Positions 1 to 8,863 of a DNA stretch of 32,000 bases are shown here, in pieces. This DNA comes from Pseudodesulfovibrio mercurii. Its GTDB lineage: Bacteria; Desulfobacterota; Desulfovibrionia; Desulfovibrionales; Desulfovibrionaceae. The stretch is from NCBI RefSeq assembly GCF_000189295.2, contig NC_016803.1, forward strand, positions 3,210,001 to 3,242,000. The letters are read 5' to 3'. Every line of letters starts with the position of its first letter. The stretch's first letter is position 1. The translations under genes were made by a program, and so were the position numbers. The notes beneath the pieces were generated by a model. The model saw only the letters and a program-made list of their open reading frames with translations. It did not search any database and was not told the DNA's origin.

Positions 1-425
1 TCCGGGGCCTTGATGTCTTCGAGGTTGATGCCGCCGAAGGTCGGCTCCAGGGCCTTGACGATGTCGCACAGCTTGTCCGGGTCGCTGACGTCCAGGTCGA
101 TGTCGTAGACGTCCACGTCGCCGAAGACCTTGAACAGCACGCCCTTGCCCTCCATGACCGGCTTGCCCGCCAGGGGCCCGATGTTGCCCAGGCCGAGCAC
201 GGCGGTGCCGTTGGAAACCACGCCGACCAGGTTGCCCTTGCCGGTGTATTCGTAGACCAGTTCGGGATCGGCGTGGATGGCCTTGCACGCCTCGGCCACG
301 CCGGGGCTGTACGCCATGGACAGATGTTTCTGGGTCTTGCACGGCTTGACCGGGACGACCTCGACCTTCCCCTTGCGGCCGATGGAATGATAGTCCAGGG
401 CCTCTTGTTTGGTGAATAATGCCAT
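1..425 (-). CDS. NAD(P)-dependent malic enzyme, first 141 codons (3' end lies beyond the window)
   Basis: Own translation of the minus strand from ATG 425-423: [50 protein letters not shown]...[37 protein letters not shown]...[12 protein letters not shown]. This is the typical malic-enzyme N-terminus. It is absent from the ORF track because no stop falls in the window. Confidence 0.9.
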   Translation of the reverse strand, partial: MALFTKQEALDYHSIGRKGKVEVVPVKPCKTQKHLSMAYSPGVAEACKAIHADPELVYEYTGKGNLVGVVSNGTAVLGLGNIGPLAGKPVMEGKGVLFKVFGDVDVYDIDLDVSDPDKLCDIVKALEPTFGGINLEDIKAP

Positions 426-452
426 TGTGTTATCTCCTTGAAGGTTTGTGCG

Positions 453-1010
453 TTATTCGATGCCCGCGGCCTTCAGGTCGGGCACGGCGTACAGTTCGCC
501 GCCGTGGGAATCGTTGATGACGAGCAGGGGGAAGTCCTCGACGGTCATCTCGCGGATGGCCTCGGGACCGAGTTCGTCGAAGGCGATGACCTTGGACGCC
601 ACGATGGAGTTGGACAGCAGCGCGCCCGCGCCGCCCGTGGCGCCGAAGTACACGGCGGTGTAGTCCTGCATGGCCTGCCGGGTGGCGGCGTCGCGCTTGC
701 CCTTGCCGATGGTCGCCTTGAGGCCCAGGGAGTAGAGGCGCGGGGCGTAGGAGTCCATGCGGTAGCTGGTGGTCGGACCGGCGGCGCCGATGGGGCGGCC
801 CGGAGGCGCCGGGGAGGGGCCGACGTAGTAGATGGCCGCGCCTTCGAGCTTGAAGGGCAGCTCCTTGCCCGCGTCGAGCAGGTCCACGAGCTTCTTGTGG
901 GCCGCGTCGCGCGCGGAGTAGATGGTCCCGGTCAGGAAGACCACGTCGCCCGCCTTGAGCTGGGCGATGTCCTCGTCGGTCAGCGGGGTGTTCAGTTTGT
1001 ATTCAGCCAT
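453..1010 (-). CDS. Class I (Fe-S) fumarate hydratase, beta subunit / C-terminal domain
   Basis: 185-aa ORF (…GTIYSARDAAHKKL…IYYVGPSPAPPGRPIGAAGPTTSYRMD…GKGKR…) matches the Fe-S hydro-lyase beta type. ATG confirmed at 1010-1008. It overlaps the stop of the alpha subunit by 1 nt (TAATG). Confidence 0.9.
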   Translation of the reverse strand: MAEYKLNTPLTDEDIAQLKAGDVVFLTGTIYSARDAAHKKLVDLLDAGKELPFKLEGAAIYYVGPSPAPPGRPIGAAGPTTSYRMDSYAPRLYSLGLKATIGKGKRDAATRQAMQDYTAVYFGATGGAGALLSNSIVASKVIAFDELGPEAIREMTVEDFPLLVINDSHGGELYAVPDLKAAGIE

Positions 1011-1849
1011 TAGAGTATGACCTCCTCATGCCGCTGGGAGTGGCATTGCACGTTGACGGCCAGAGGCAGGCTCGCCAGGTGGCAGGGCTCCATGGTGATC
1101 TTCACGCTGAGCACGGTGGTCTTGCCGCCGAGCCCCATGGGGCCGATGCCGAGGGCGTTGATGGCGTCCTCGAGCTCCTTTTCCTTGGCCGCGATGTCCG
1201 GATCGGGATGGGTGTCGTCGAGCTTGCGCAGCAGACCGCGCTTGGCGATCTTGGCCGCGTGCTCGAAGGTCCCGCCGATGCCCACGCCGATGACCGTGGG
1301 CGGGCAGGGGTTGGGACCGGCCTCGGCCACGCGGTTGACCACGAACTTCTTGATTCCTTCCCAGCCCTGGGCCGGGGCGAGCATGGTCACGCGGGACATG
1401 TTCTCGGCGCCGCCGCCCTTGGCCATGAAGGAGATCTTGAGCTTGTCGCCGGGCACGAAGTCGAAGTGGATGACGGCCGGGGTGCCGTCGCCGGTGTTGG
1501 CCCGGGTCAGCGGGTCGCAGGCGGACTTGCGCAGGTACCCTTCCTTGTAGCCCTTGCGCGTGCCCTCGTTGATGGCCTCGCGCAGGTTGCCGCCCTCGAT
1601 GCGCACGTCGTCGCCGACCTCCACGAAGAAGACGGCCAGTCCGGTGTCCTGGCACAGGGGCAGCTTGGTGTTGTGGGCCAGGTCCGCGTTTTCCAGGAGC
1701 TGGCGGAGCACTTCCTTGGCGGAAGGGCTGGTTTCCTCTGCCATGGCCTTTTCCAGTCTTGCGCGCACGTCGGCGGGCAGTTCGGTGTTGGCGCTGACGC
1801 ACATCCTGGCGACGGCGTCGATAATGTCGCTGGTCTGAATGGTACGCAT
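1010..1849 (-). CDS. Class I (Fe-S) fumarate hydratase, alpha subunit / N-terminal domain
   Basis: 279-aa ORF with …LPLCQDTGLAVFFVEVG…FMAKGGGAENMS…CPPTVIGVGIGGTFE…, typical of FumA/TtdA-type hydro-lyases. ATG at 1849-1847, 1 nt after the frdB stop. Confidence 0.9.
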   Translation of the reverse strand: MRTIQTSDIIDAVARMCVSANTELPADVRARLEKAMAEETSPSAKEVLRQLLENADLAHNTKLPLCQDTGLAVFFVEVGDDVRIEGGNLREAINEGTRKGYKEGYLRKSACDPLTRANTGDGTPAVIHFDFVPGDKLKISFMAKGGGAENMSRVTMLAPAQGWEGIKKFVVNRVAEAGPNPCPPTVIGVGIGGTFEHAAKIAKRGLLRKLDDTHPDPDIAAKEKELEDAINALGIGPMGLGGKTTVLSVKITMEPCHLASLPLAVNVQCHSQRHEEVIL

Positions 1850-1850
1850 G

Positions 1851-2591
1851 TTATTTCTTCCTGAAGATCTGCTTCATTGCGGTGATGCCCATCTTGCGGC
1901 GCAGGAAGCCGAGCTGGTTCTGCAGGGGCAGCCCCTTGGGACAGACGTCTTCGCAGGCGAGAAGGCCCATGCAGCCGAAGATGCCGTTGTCGTTGCCGAT
2001 GACCTCGAAGTACTGTCTGTCCGTCCGCTCGTCGCGGGGGTCGACCACGAAGCGGGCGATGCGGTTCAGGGCGGCGGCCCCCATGAAGTCGTCGCGCAGG
2101 CGGGCGGTGCCGCAGGCCGCGATGCAGCAGCCGCACTCGATGCACCGCTCAAGCTCGTAGATCTGCTCGGCCACGCCGTTGTCCATGCGTTCTTCGTGGG
2201 CGGCGGGATCGAAGACCTTCTTGGTGTGGATCCACGACTCGGTCTTGGCGTACATCTCGCGGAACCAGACGCCCGTGTCCACGGACAGGTCGCCGACGAG
2301 CTTGAAGACCGGCAGGGGGTGGAGGATGATGTGGCCGGGCAGGTCCTTGGTCTTGGTCTGGCAGGCCAGGCCCGGACGGCCGTTGATGACCATGGCGCAC
2401 GCCCCGCAGATGCCCGCGCGGCAGCAGAAGTCGAAGATGAGGCTCGGGTCCTGCTCCTCGCGCAGCCTGTTCAGGGCGATGAACAGGGTCATGTTCGGGT
2501 GTTCGTCCAGGATGTACTCCTGCATGTGCGGGACGTCACCCTTCCTCTCGGGATTATATCGGAATATCTCGAATTTGATTTGTCTACCCAT
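1851..2591 (-). CDS. frdB: Fumarate reductase / succinate dehydrogenase iron-sulfur subunit
   Basis: 246 aa with three Cys clusters (CRAGICGACAM; CIECGCCIAAC; CMGLLACEDVCPKG), the 2Fe-2S/4Fe-4S/3Fe-4S pattern of SdhB/FrdB. ATG at 2591-2589. Confidence 0.93.
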   Translation of the reverse strand: MGRQIKFEIFRYNPERKGDVPHMQEYILDEHPNMTLFIALNRLREEQDPSLIFDFCCRAGICGACAMVINGRPGLACQTKTKDLPGHIILHPLPVFKLVGDLSVDTGVWFREMYAKTESWIHTKKVFDPAAHEERMDNGVAEQIYELERCIECGCCIAACGTARLRDDFMGAAALNRIARFVVDPRDERTDRQYFEVIGNDNGIFGCMGLLACEDVCPKGLPLQNQLGFLRRKMGITAMKQIFRKK

Positions 2592-2615
2592 GATGCATTC
2601 CTTTCTTGATCCGGG

Positions 2616-4496
2616 TTACTTCTTCTTGCCGATTTCGGTGACGGGGCTCGCGATGGTGCGGTCCTTCACGTACTTTTCGTCCGCCGGGATGATCTTGCCG
2701 CCGCCGTAGCCGCGGTCGCCCGGAGGCAACTCGAAGAGCGGGGTGGTGTCCTCGTACTTGAGGTCGGGCATGTCCGCGCCGATGGGCCAGTAGGCCAGGG
2801 TGCGGTTGAGCCATTCCTTGTCGTTGCGCTCGGGGAAGTCCTCGCGGTTGTGGGAACCGCGCGACTCGGTGCGCATGAGGGCGGCCTGGGCGATGCACAT
2901 GGCCAGACGGACCTGGCCCTCGATCTTCAGCGCGGCGGCCAACTCGTGGTTGCAGCCCACGCCGTCCGAGACCAGGCCGACCTTGCGGGCCTTCTCCATG
3001 GTCCCCTGGAGGGTGGAGACGCACTCTTCGAGGCCGTCCTTGTTGCGGAAGACGAAGCAGCCCTTCATGAGGGCCTCCTGCATCTCGTTGCGCACCTCGT
3101 AGACGTTCAGCTTGCCGTTGCGGCCGTGGATGACGTCGTGGATGCGCTCCTGCTGGCGCTTGACCTCGGCCTCGATGACCGCGGTGTCGAAGGTGGTCTC
3201 GTATCCCTTGAGGAACTCGACGATCTTGGCGCCGATGATGCCGCCCGCGACCACGGTCTCGGCCAGGGAGTTGCCGCCCAGCCGGTTGAAGCCGTGCATG
3301 TCCCAGCAGGCCGCCTCGCCGGCGGAGTAGAGGCCCTTGAGGCCGTAGACCGCGCCGTCCTTGTTGGTCCGGATGCCGGCCATGGTGTAGTGCTGGGTGG
3401 GGCGCACCGGGATGAGCTGGGTGCGCGGGTCGATGCCCAGGAAGTGATGGCAGATCTCGTCCACTTCGCGCAGCTTGGTGGAGATGTGCTTGTCGCCGAG
3501 GTGGCGGATGTCCAGCCAGAGGTGTTCGCCGTAGGGGGACTTCACGCCCTTGCCCGCGCGCATGTGCTCGGTCATCCGGCGGGAGACCACGTCGCGGGAG
3601 GCCAGCTCGGCCTTTTCCGGCTCGTAGATGTGCATGAACCGCTCTTCGTTGACGTCGAGCAGGGTTCCGCCGTCGCCTCGACAGCCCTCGGTGACCAGGA
3701 TGTCGGTGGGCACGATGCCGGTGGGGTGGAACTGGATGGATTCGGGGTTGCCGATGGGCACCAGGCCGGTCTCGTGGGCCAGGATGTGTCCCGCGCCGTC
3801 GCAGATGACCGCGTTGGTGGTGGCCTTGTAGATGCGTCCGAAACCGCCGGTGCAGATGGCCGTGGCCTTGGCCAGGTGTACCTCCAGCTGGCCGTTGCGC
3901 AGGTCGCGGACCACCGCGCCCATGCACTTGTCGCCGTCATGGATCAGCGAGATGGCTTCCTTCTTGTCGAAGACGTCGATGCCCAGCTCGGCGCAGCGGT
4001 TGTCCATGGTGCACATGACCGCGTGGCCGGTGCCGTCCGAGGTGTAGCAGGTGCGCCACTTGGCAGTGCCGCCGAAGGAGCGGGCGGTGATCAGCCCCTC
4101 GTTCTCCTCCTTCTCGTATTTCTCGAACTTCTCGCCGCCCTTGAAGTAGAAGGACTGGCCTGGGACCACGCGGTTCCAGGGCACGCCCCAGTGGGCCAGG
4201 CGGCGCATCTCGATGGGCGCGGCGTCGGCGAACAGGCGGGCGACCTCCTGATCGCAGCCCCAGTCCGAGCCCTTGACGGTGTCGATGAAATGGACGTCCG
4301 GGTTGTCGCCCTCGCCCTTGGCACAGTTGCCGAGGGCGGCCTGCATGCCGCCCTGGGCCGCAGAGGAGTGGGACCGCCGGGCCGGGACGATGGACAGGCA
4401 GGTGGCTTTGAAGCCGTTCTGGGCGGCCTCGCAGGCCACGCGTTCGCCGGACAGTCCGGCGCCGATGACGAGCAGGTCGGAATAGTATGTCTGCAT
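2616..4496 (-). CDS. frdA: Fumarate reductase flavoprotein subunit
   Basis: Contains the SDLLVIGAGLSG dinucleotide fold and RSHSSAAQGG, the histidyl-FAD attachment motif. It matches SdhA/FrdA over its full length. I prefer ATG 4496 (GAGGTG 7 nt upstream) over the GTG at 4505 used by the ORF track. Confidence 0.95.
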   Translation of the reverse strand: MQTYYSDLLVIGAGLSGERVACEAAQNGFKATCLSIVPARRSHSSAAQGGMQAALGNCAKGEGDNPDVHFIDTVKGSDWGCDQEVARLFADAAPIEMRRLAHWGVPWNRVVPGQSFYFKGGEKFEKYEKEENEGLITARSFGGTAKWRTCYTSDGTGHAVMCTMDNRCAELGIDVFDKKEAISLIHDGDKCMGAVVRDLRNGQLEVHLAKATAICTGGFGRIYKATTNAVICDGAGHILAHETGLVPIGNPESIQFHPTGIVPTDILVTEGCRGDGGTLLDVNEERFMHIYEPEKAELASRDVVSRRMTEHMRAGKGVKSPYGEHLWLDIRHLGDKHISTKLREVDEICHHFLGIDPRTQLIPVRPTQHYTMAGIRTNKDGAVYGLKGLYSAGEAACWDMHGFNRLGGNSLAETVVAGGIIGAKIVEFLKGYETTFDTAVIEAEVKRQQERIHDVIHGRNGKLNVYEVRNEMQEALMKGCFVFRNKDGLEECVSTLQGTMEKARKVGLVSDGVGCNHELAAALKIEGQVRLAMCIAQAALMRTESRGSHNREDFPERNDKEWLNRTLAYWPIGADMPDLKYEDTTPLFELPPGDRGYGGGKIIPADEKYVKDRTIASPVTEIGKKK

Positions 4497-4509
4497 GGTG
4501 TTCACCTCG

Positions 4510-5157
4510 TTAGCTCAGCGTTATGAAGCGGATCAGGGTGATGACGCCGATGACCATGAAGATGGTGAACAGGGTCGTCTCGAAGCGCTTGAAGCCCTTC
4601 CGCTGCTCGGATTTCACGAAACCCCACTTCACGGCGATGCGGTAGAAGCCGACGCTGACGTGAAGCTCCACGCTGGGAAGGAGGATCATGTAGAAGAGGA
4701 ACCACCAGAAATGCTGCATGCGCGCGGCGGACTTGGCGGCGGTGATGGGCAGGTCGTTGAGCACGACCCACATGTGGATGGCGCCCAGGATCAGGATGAT
4801 CATGGCGGTCACGGCCTGGACCACCCACAGCCAGGTGTCGCGGTGCTTGAGCATCCGGGCGTGGGCCACGATGGTGGCCTGTCCCTCGGCGCGGAAGGGG
4901 ATCTTGCGCGCGGCCAGGGCGAAGTGGACCAGGAAGGTCAGGAAGATCAGCGGACCGCCCACCTGGGCCATGTAGGTGGCCTCGAAGAAGTGGGCGATGG
5001 CGTTCATCACGCCGGGGGAGATGACCACCGAGGACACGAGCAGCATGTGACACCACATGAAAAGGATCAGGCTTGCTCCCGTCAGCATCTGCAGCCAGTC
5101 GAGGGCGGCATCGGTGAGGGATACGCCTGGGACGGATGTCGTAAAGGTTTTCATCAT
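4510..5157 (-). CDS. frdC: Fumarate reductase cytochrome b membrane subunit (single-anchor, Wolinella/Desulfovibrio type)
   Basis: 215 aa with five hydrophobic segments carrying conserved His residues. It sits directly upstream of frdA (4-nt gap). Tandem ATG ATG at 5157-5152 with AGGTGA upstream. Confidence 0.85.
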   Translation of the reverse strand: MMKTFTTSVPGVSLTDAALDWLQMLTGASLILFMWCHMLLVSSVVISPGVMNAIAHFFEATYMAQVGGPLIFLTFLVHFALAARKIPFRAEGQATIVAHARMLKHRDTWLWVVQAVTAMIILILGAIHMWVVLNDLPITAAKSAARMQHFWWFLFYMILLPSVELHVSVGFYRIAVKWGFVKSEQRKGFKRFETTLFTIFMVIGVITLIRFITLS

Positions 5158-5345
5158 TCTTCACCTGTTGTTCTTGATTGATACGAATAGACCCTGCCTC
5201 TGGAATCGCCTCGTCCGCGCGGGGGGCCCGTCCCTCCGGACCGGGTCCGGCGGGCGCGTCCCGCGCGCGGTTCGATGCGCTTGCCGAGATCCTCCTACGG
5301 AACCTCCTCTATACATCGGATATGGATCGCAACGGTTTCGGAAAA

Positions 5346-5360
5346 GCAACAGGCATGCCA
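5346..5360 (-). promoter_or_regulatory. Sigma-54 (-24/-12) promoter for frdCAB-fumarase-malic enzyme
   Basis: The minus strand reads CTGGCATGCCTGTTGCTTT: TGGCAT-N5-TTGCT with GG-N10-GC spacing and one mismatch to TGGCAC-N5-TTGCW. It lies 189 nt upstream of the frdC ATG and downstream of a GAFTGA-containing activator gene. Confidence 0.7.
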
Positions 5361-5366
5361 GAACGC

Positions 5367-5382
5367 GTGACAAAAAAGTCAC
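5367..5382. promoter_or_regulatory. GTGAC-A6-GTCAC palindrome just upstream of the -24 box (possible bending or operator site)
   Basis: Perfect 5+6+5 palindrome with an A6/T6 tract, read directly from the sequence. Its function is unknown. Confidence 0.3.
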
Positions 5383-5422
5383 GGGATTACACGGCTATAA
5401 TGGGTCGTGGGAAAGGGAATGA

Positions 5423-5466
5423 GCGGATTCTTGCCGATGGGGCGCATTCGGTAGGCAAGAATCCGC
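5423..5466. promoter_or_regulatory. 13-bp perfect inverted repeat GCGGATTCTTGCC-N18-GGCAAGAATCCGC (candidate enhancer/UAS and/or dctD terminator hairpin)
   Basis: Arms at 5423-5435 and 5454-5466 are exact reverse complements. The centre is about 86 bp upstream of the -24 GG and begins 7 nt after the dctD stop. Confidence 0.6.
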
Positions 5467-5472
5467 CGATGA

Positions 5473-6818
<1,346 letters not shown>

Positions 6819-6822
<4 letters not shown>

Positions 6823-8663
6823 GATTCTTCTTCTTGTTTTTGCTTGGAACGGGGCAGGATGACGAAGAATTCCGCCCCGTGCGGGTCGCGGTTGCCCACC
6901 CGGAAGTCGCCCTTCATGTCCTTGACGATCTTGTAGGAAATGGACAGGCCCAGGCCCACGCCGATGCCCTCCTTCTTGGTGGTCACGAAGGGCTCGAAGA
7001 TCTTCTTGCCGACCTCCTCGGCGATGCCCGGCCCGTTGTCCCAGACGTGGATGGTCGCCCGGTCGCCGTCCTCGGACAGGCGCACGCCGATGAGCGGCGA
7101 GGCGGTCTCCTGGAGGGCGTCCAGGCCGTTGCGGAAGAGGTTGATGAGGACCTGTTCCATGCGCATGCGGTCGCCCCGGATGAGCACGGGCTGGCCGGGC
7201 ATGGACAGCTTGAGGTCGCAGTTCTCTACCAGGAACTGGTGCTTCATCAGGTTCAGCGCCTCCTTGATGGCCAGGCGCAGGTCGAATTCGATGTCCTTGT
7301 CCGTGGATCGCCGGGCAAAGGACTTGAGCTGGCCCGTGACCTTGGCCATGCGGTCGCCCAGCTCCGAGACCTTGATCAGGGTCGGGTCGAGGTCGTCGAG
7401 CTTGTCGCGCTTGAGCATCAGGCGGCAGGAGGCCACGTAGGTCTTGGTGGCCGCGATGGGCTGGTTGAGCTCGTGGGCGATGGCCGTGGCCATCTCGCCC
7501 AGGGCGGCCAGCTTGCCCGCCTGGACCAGCTCCTCCTGGGCCGCGCGCAGCTCGTGCTCCGTGCGCTTGCGCTCCTCCACCTCCTGGGCCAGCTGGCGGT
7601 TGATGTCCCGGATGCGGTTGGCCTCCACGGCCTGCTGGCGGGAGATCTGGCGCTGCCGGCGCTCGCGCAGGAAGAGCCGGGTCAGCACGGCCAGGCCGAG
7701 AACCACGAAGGTGGTCAGGGAGACGCCCAGGGTCCGCTCCCAGAGGGGCCCCTGGGGGGTGAGGTAGCTGATCTTCCAGTCCGTGCCGGGGATGCCCCGG
7801 GTGTTCAGCAGGAAGCGTTCGGTGCCGATGGTCGTCTCCTGGACGAAGCCGAAGCGGGTCCGTGTGTGCCAGGGCAGGTGCTTGAGCTGGAACTTGGGGT
7901 AGTGCTCGCGGTCGTGGATCTCCTGGATCAGGCCCGCGTCCAGGGGGGTCAGGGTCATGTACTTCCATGAGGGGCGGCTGGTCAGGACGATGACCCCGTT
8001 GGAGTCGGTCACGATCAGGGTCTCGCCGCCCTCCTTCCAGAGGTGCTCCAGGGGGGACAGGGCGATCTTGGCCACGGCCACGCCGATGACCTCGTCCCTG
8101 TCCTTGATGGGATGGGAGATGTAGATGCCGGGCTCGCCCCGGGTGATGCCCACGCCGAAGAAGGTCCCCTGGCGTCCGGCCATGGCGTCCTTGAAGTAGG
8201 GCCGGAAGCCGAGGTCCAGGCCGATGAAGGCGTTGGGGCGGTCCCAGTTGGAGGCCGCCTTGACGATGCCGTCCGTGCCGATGATGTAGACCACCGACGA
8301 TTCGGCGATGGTGTTGACCCGCTTGAGGAAGCGGTTGATGGGCACGCCCTCGCCGCCCTTGGTCAGGAAGGCCGTGACCATGCCGTTCTCGGAGATGAGG
8401 TAGGGCAGGTACTCGTACTTGCGCAGCTCGGAATCGAGCGTCATCTCGTACAGGGTCAGCCGCTCGTCGGATACCTGCTCCAGGTCCTGGAGGTAGTCGT
8501 ACTGCACCAGCAGGCCGACGATGAACGGCAGGCCGATGAGCAGGAAGATGCCAGCGTCACGGCCGGGGTGTTGAATCGCGTCTCGTTGAAGGCTTTCATG
8601 CTTTGCCTGTGCTCCCCGCCGCACGGGCGGGGGTTGGGTCTGTTTCGGTCCGTTTCCCAGCAA
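6819..8663 (-). CDS. dctB: Sensor histidine kinase with periplasmic double-PDC/Cache region, DctB type (start codon uncertain)
   Basis: TM (IFLLIGLPFIVGLLV), then a ~270-aa periplasmic region beginning …RLTLYEMTLDSELRKYEYLPYLIS…, a second TM, an H-box AIAHELNQPIAA and HATPase (…DNGPGI…GIGVGL…). The track start at 8663 is TTG; GTG at 8624 is an alternative. Confidence 0.85.
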
Positions 8664-8666
8664 TAG

Positions 8667-8690
8667 GCGGAAATCCGCCGATGGGGCAAG
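8667..8690. promoter_or_regulatory. GGCGGA-AA-TCCGCC palindrome plus GCCGATGGGGCAAG, a compacted copy of the frd-proximal inverted repeat
   Basis: Shares the exact 12-mer AATCCGCCGATG (8672-8683 = 5460-5471) and the exact 11-mer GCCGATGGGGC (8677-8687 = 5433-5443) with the repeat at 5423-5472. Confidence 0.35.
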
Positions 8691-8863
8691 GGCAAAAGCG
8701 GGCCCCCTGGGGGACGTTTGCGTTCAACTTCCCTGAATTGTTTGCCTTGTGTCGATTATTGAGCGGAGCCATGCCCGTAACCTAGCAAATAGGATACCGA
8801 CATGCGGACCAAGGCGCATGTTTCGGGCCGCCCGTTCGCAGACCGTGGGGCAACCGGGCGGGA

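Noticed and set aside
8784-8799. Sigma-54-like CGGTATCCTATTTGCT on the minus strand upstream of dctB
   Set aside because: The spacing and TTGCT box are right, but the -24 box is weak (GGTAT instead of GGCAC). With that degeneracy, chance matches are expected.
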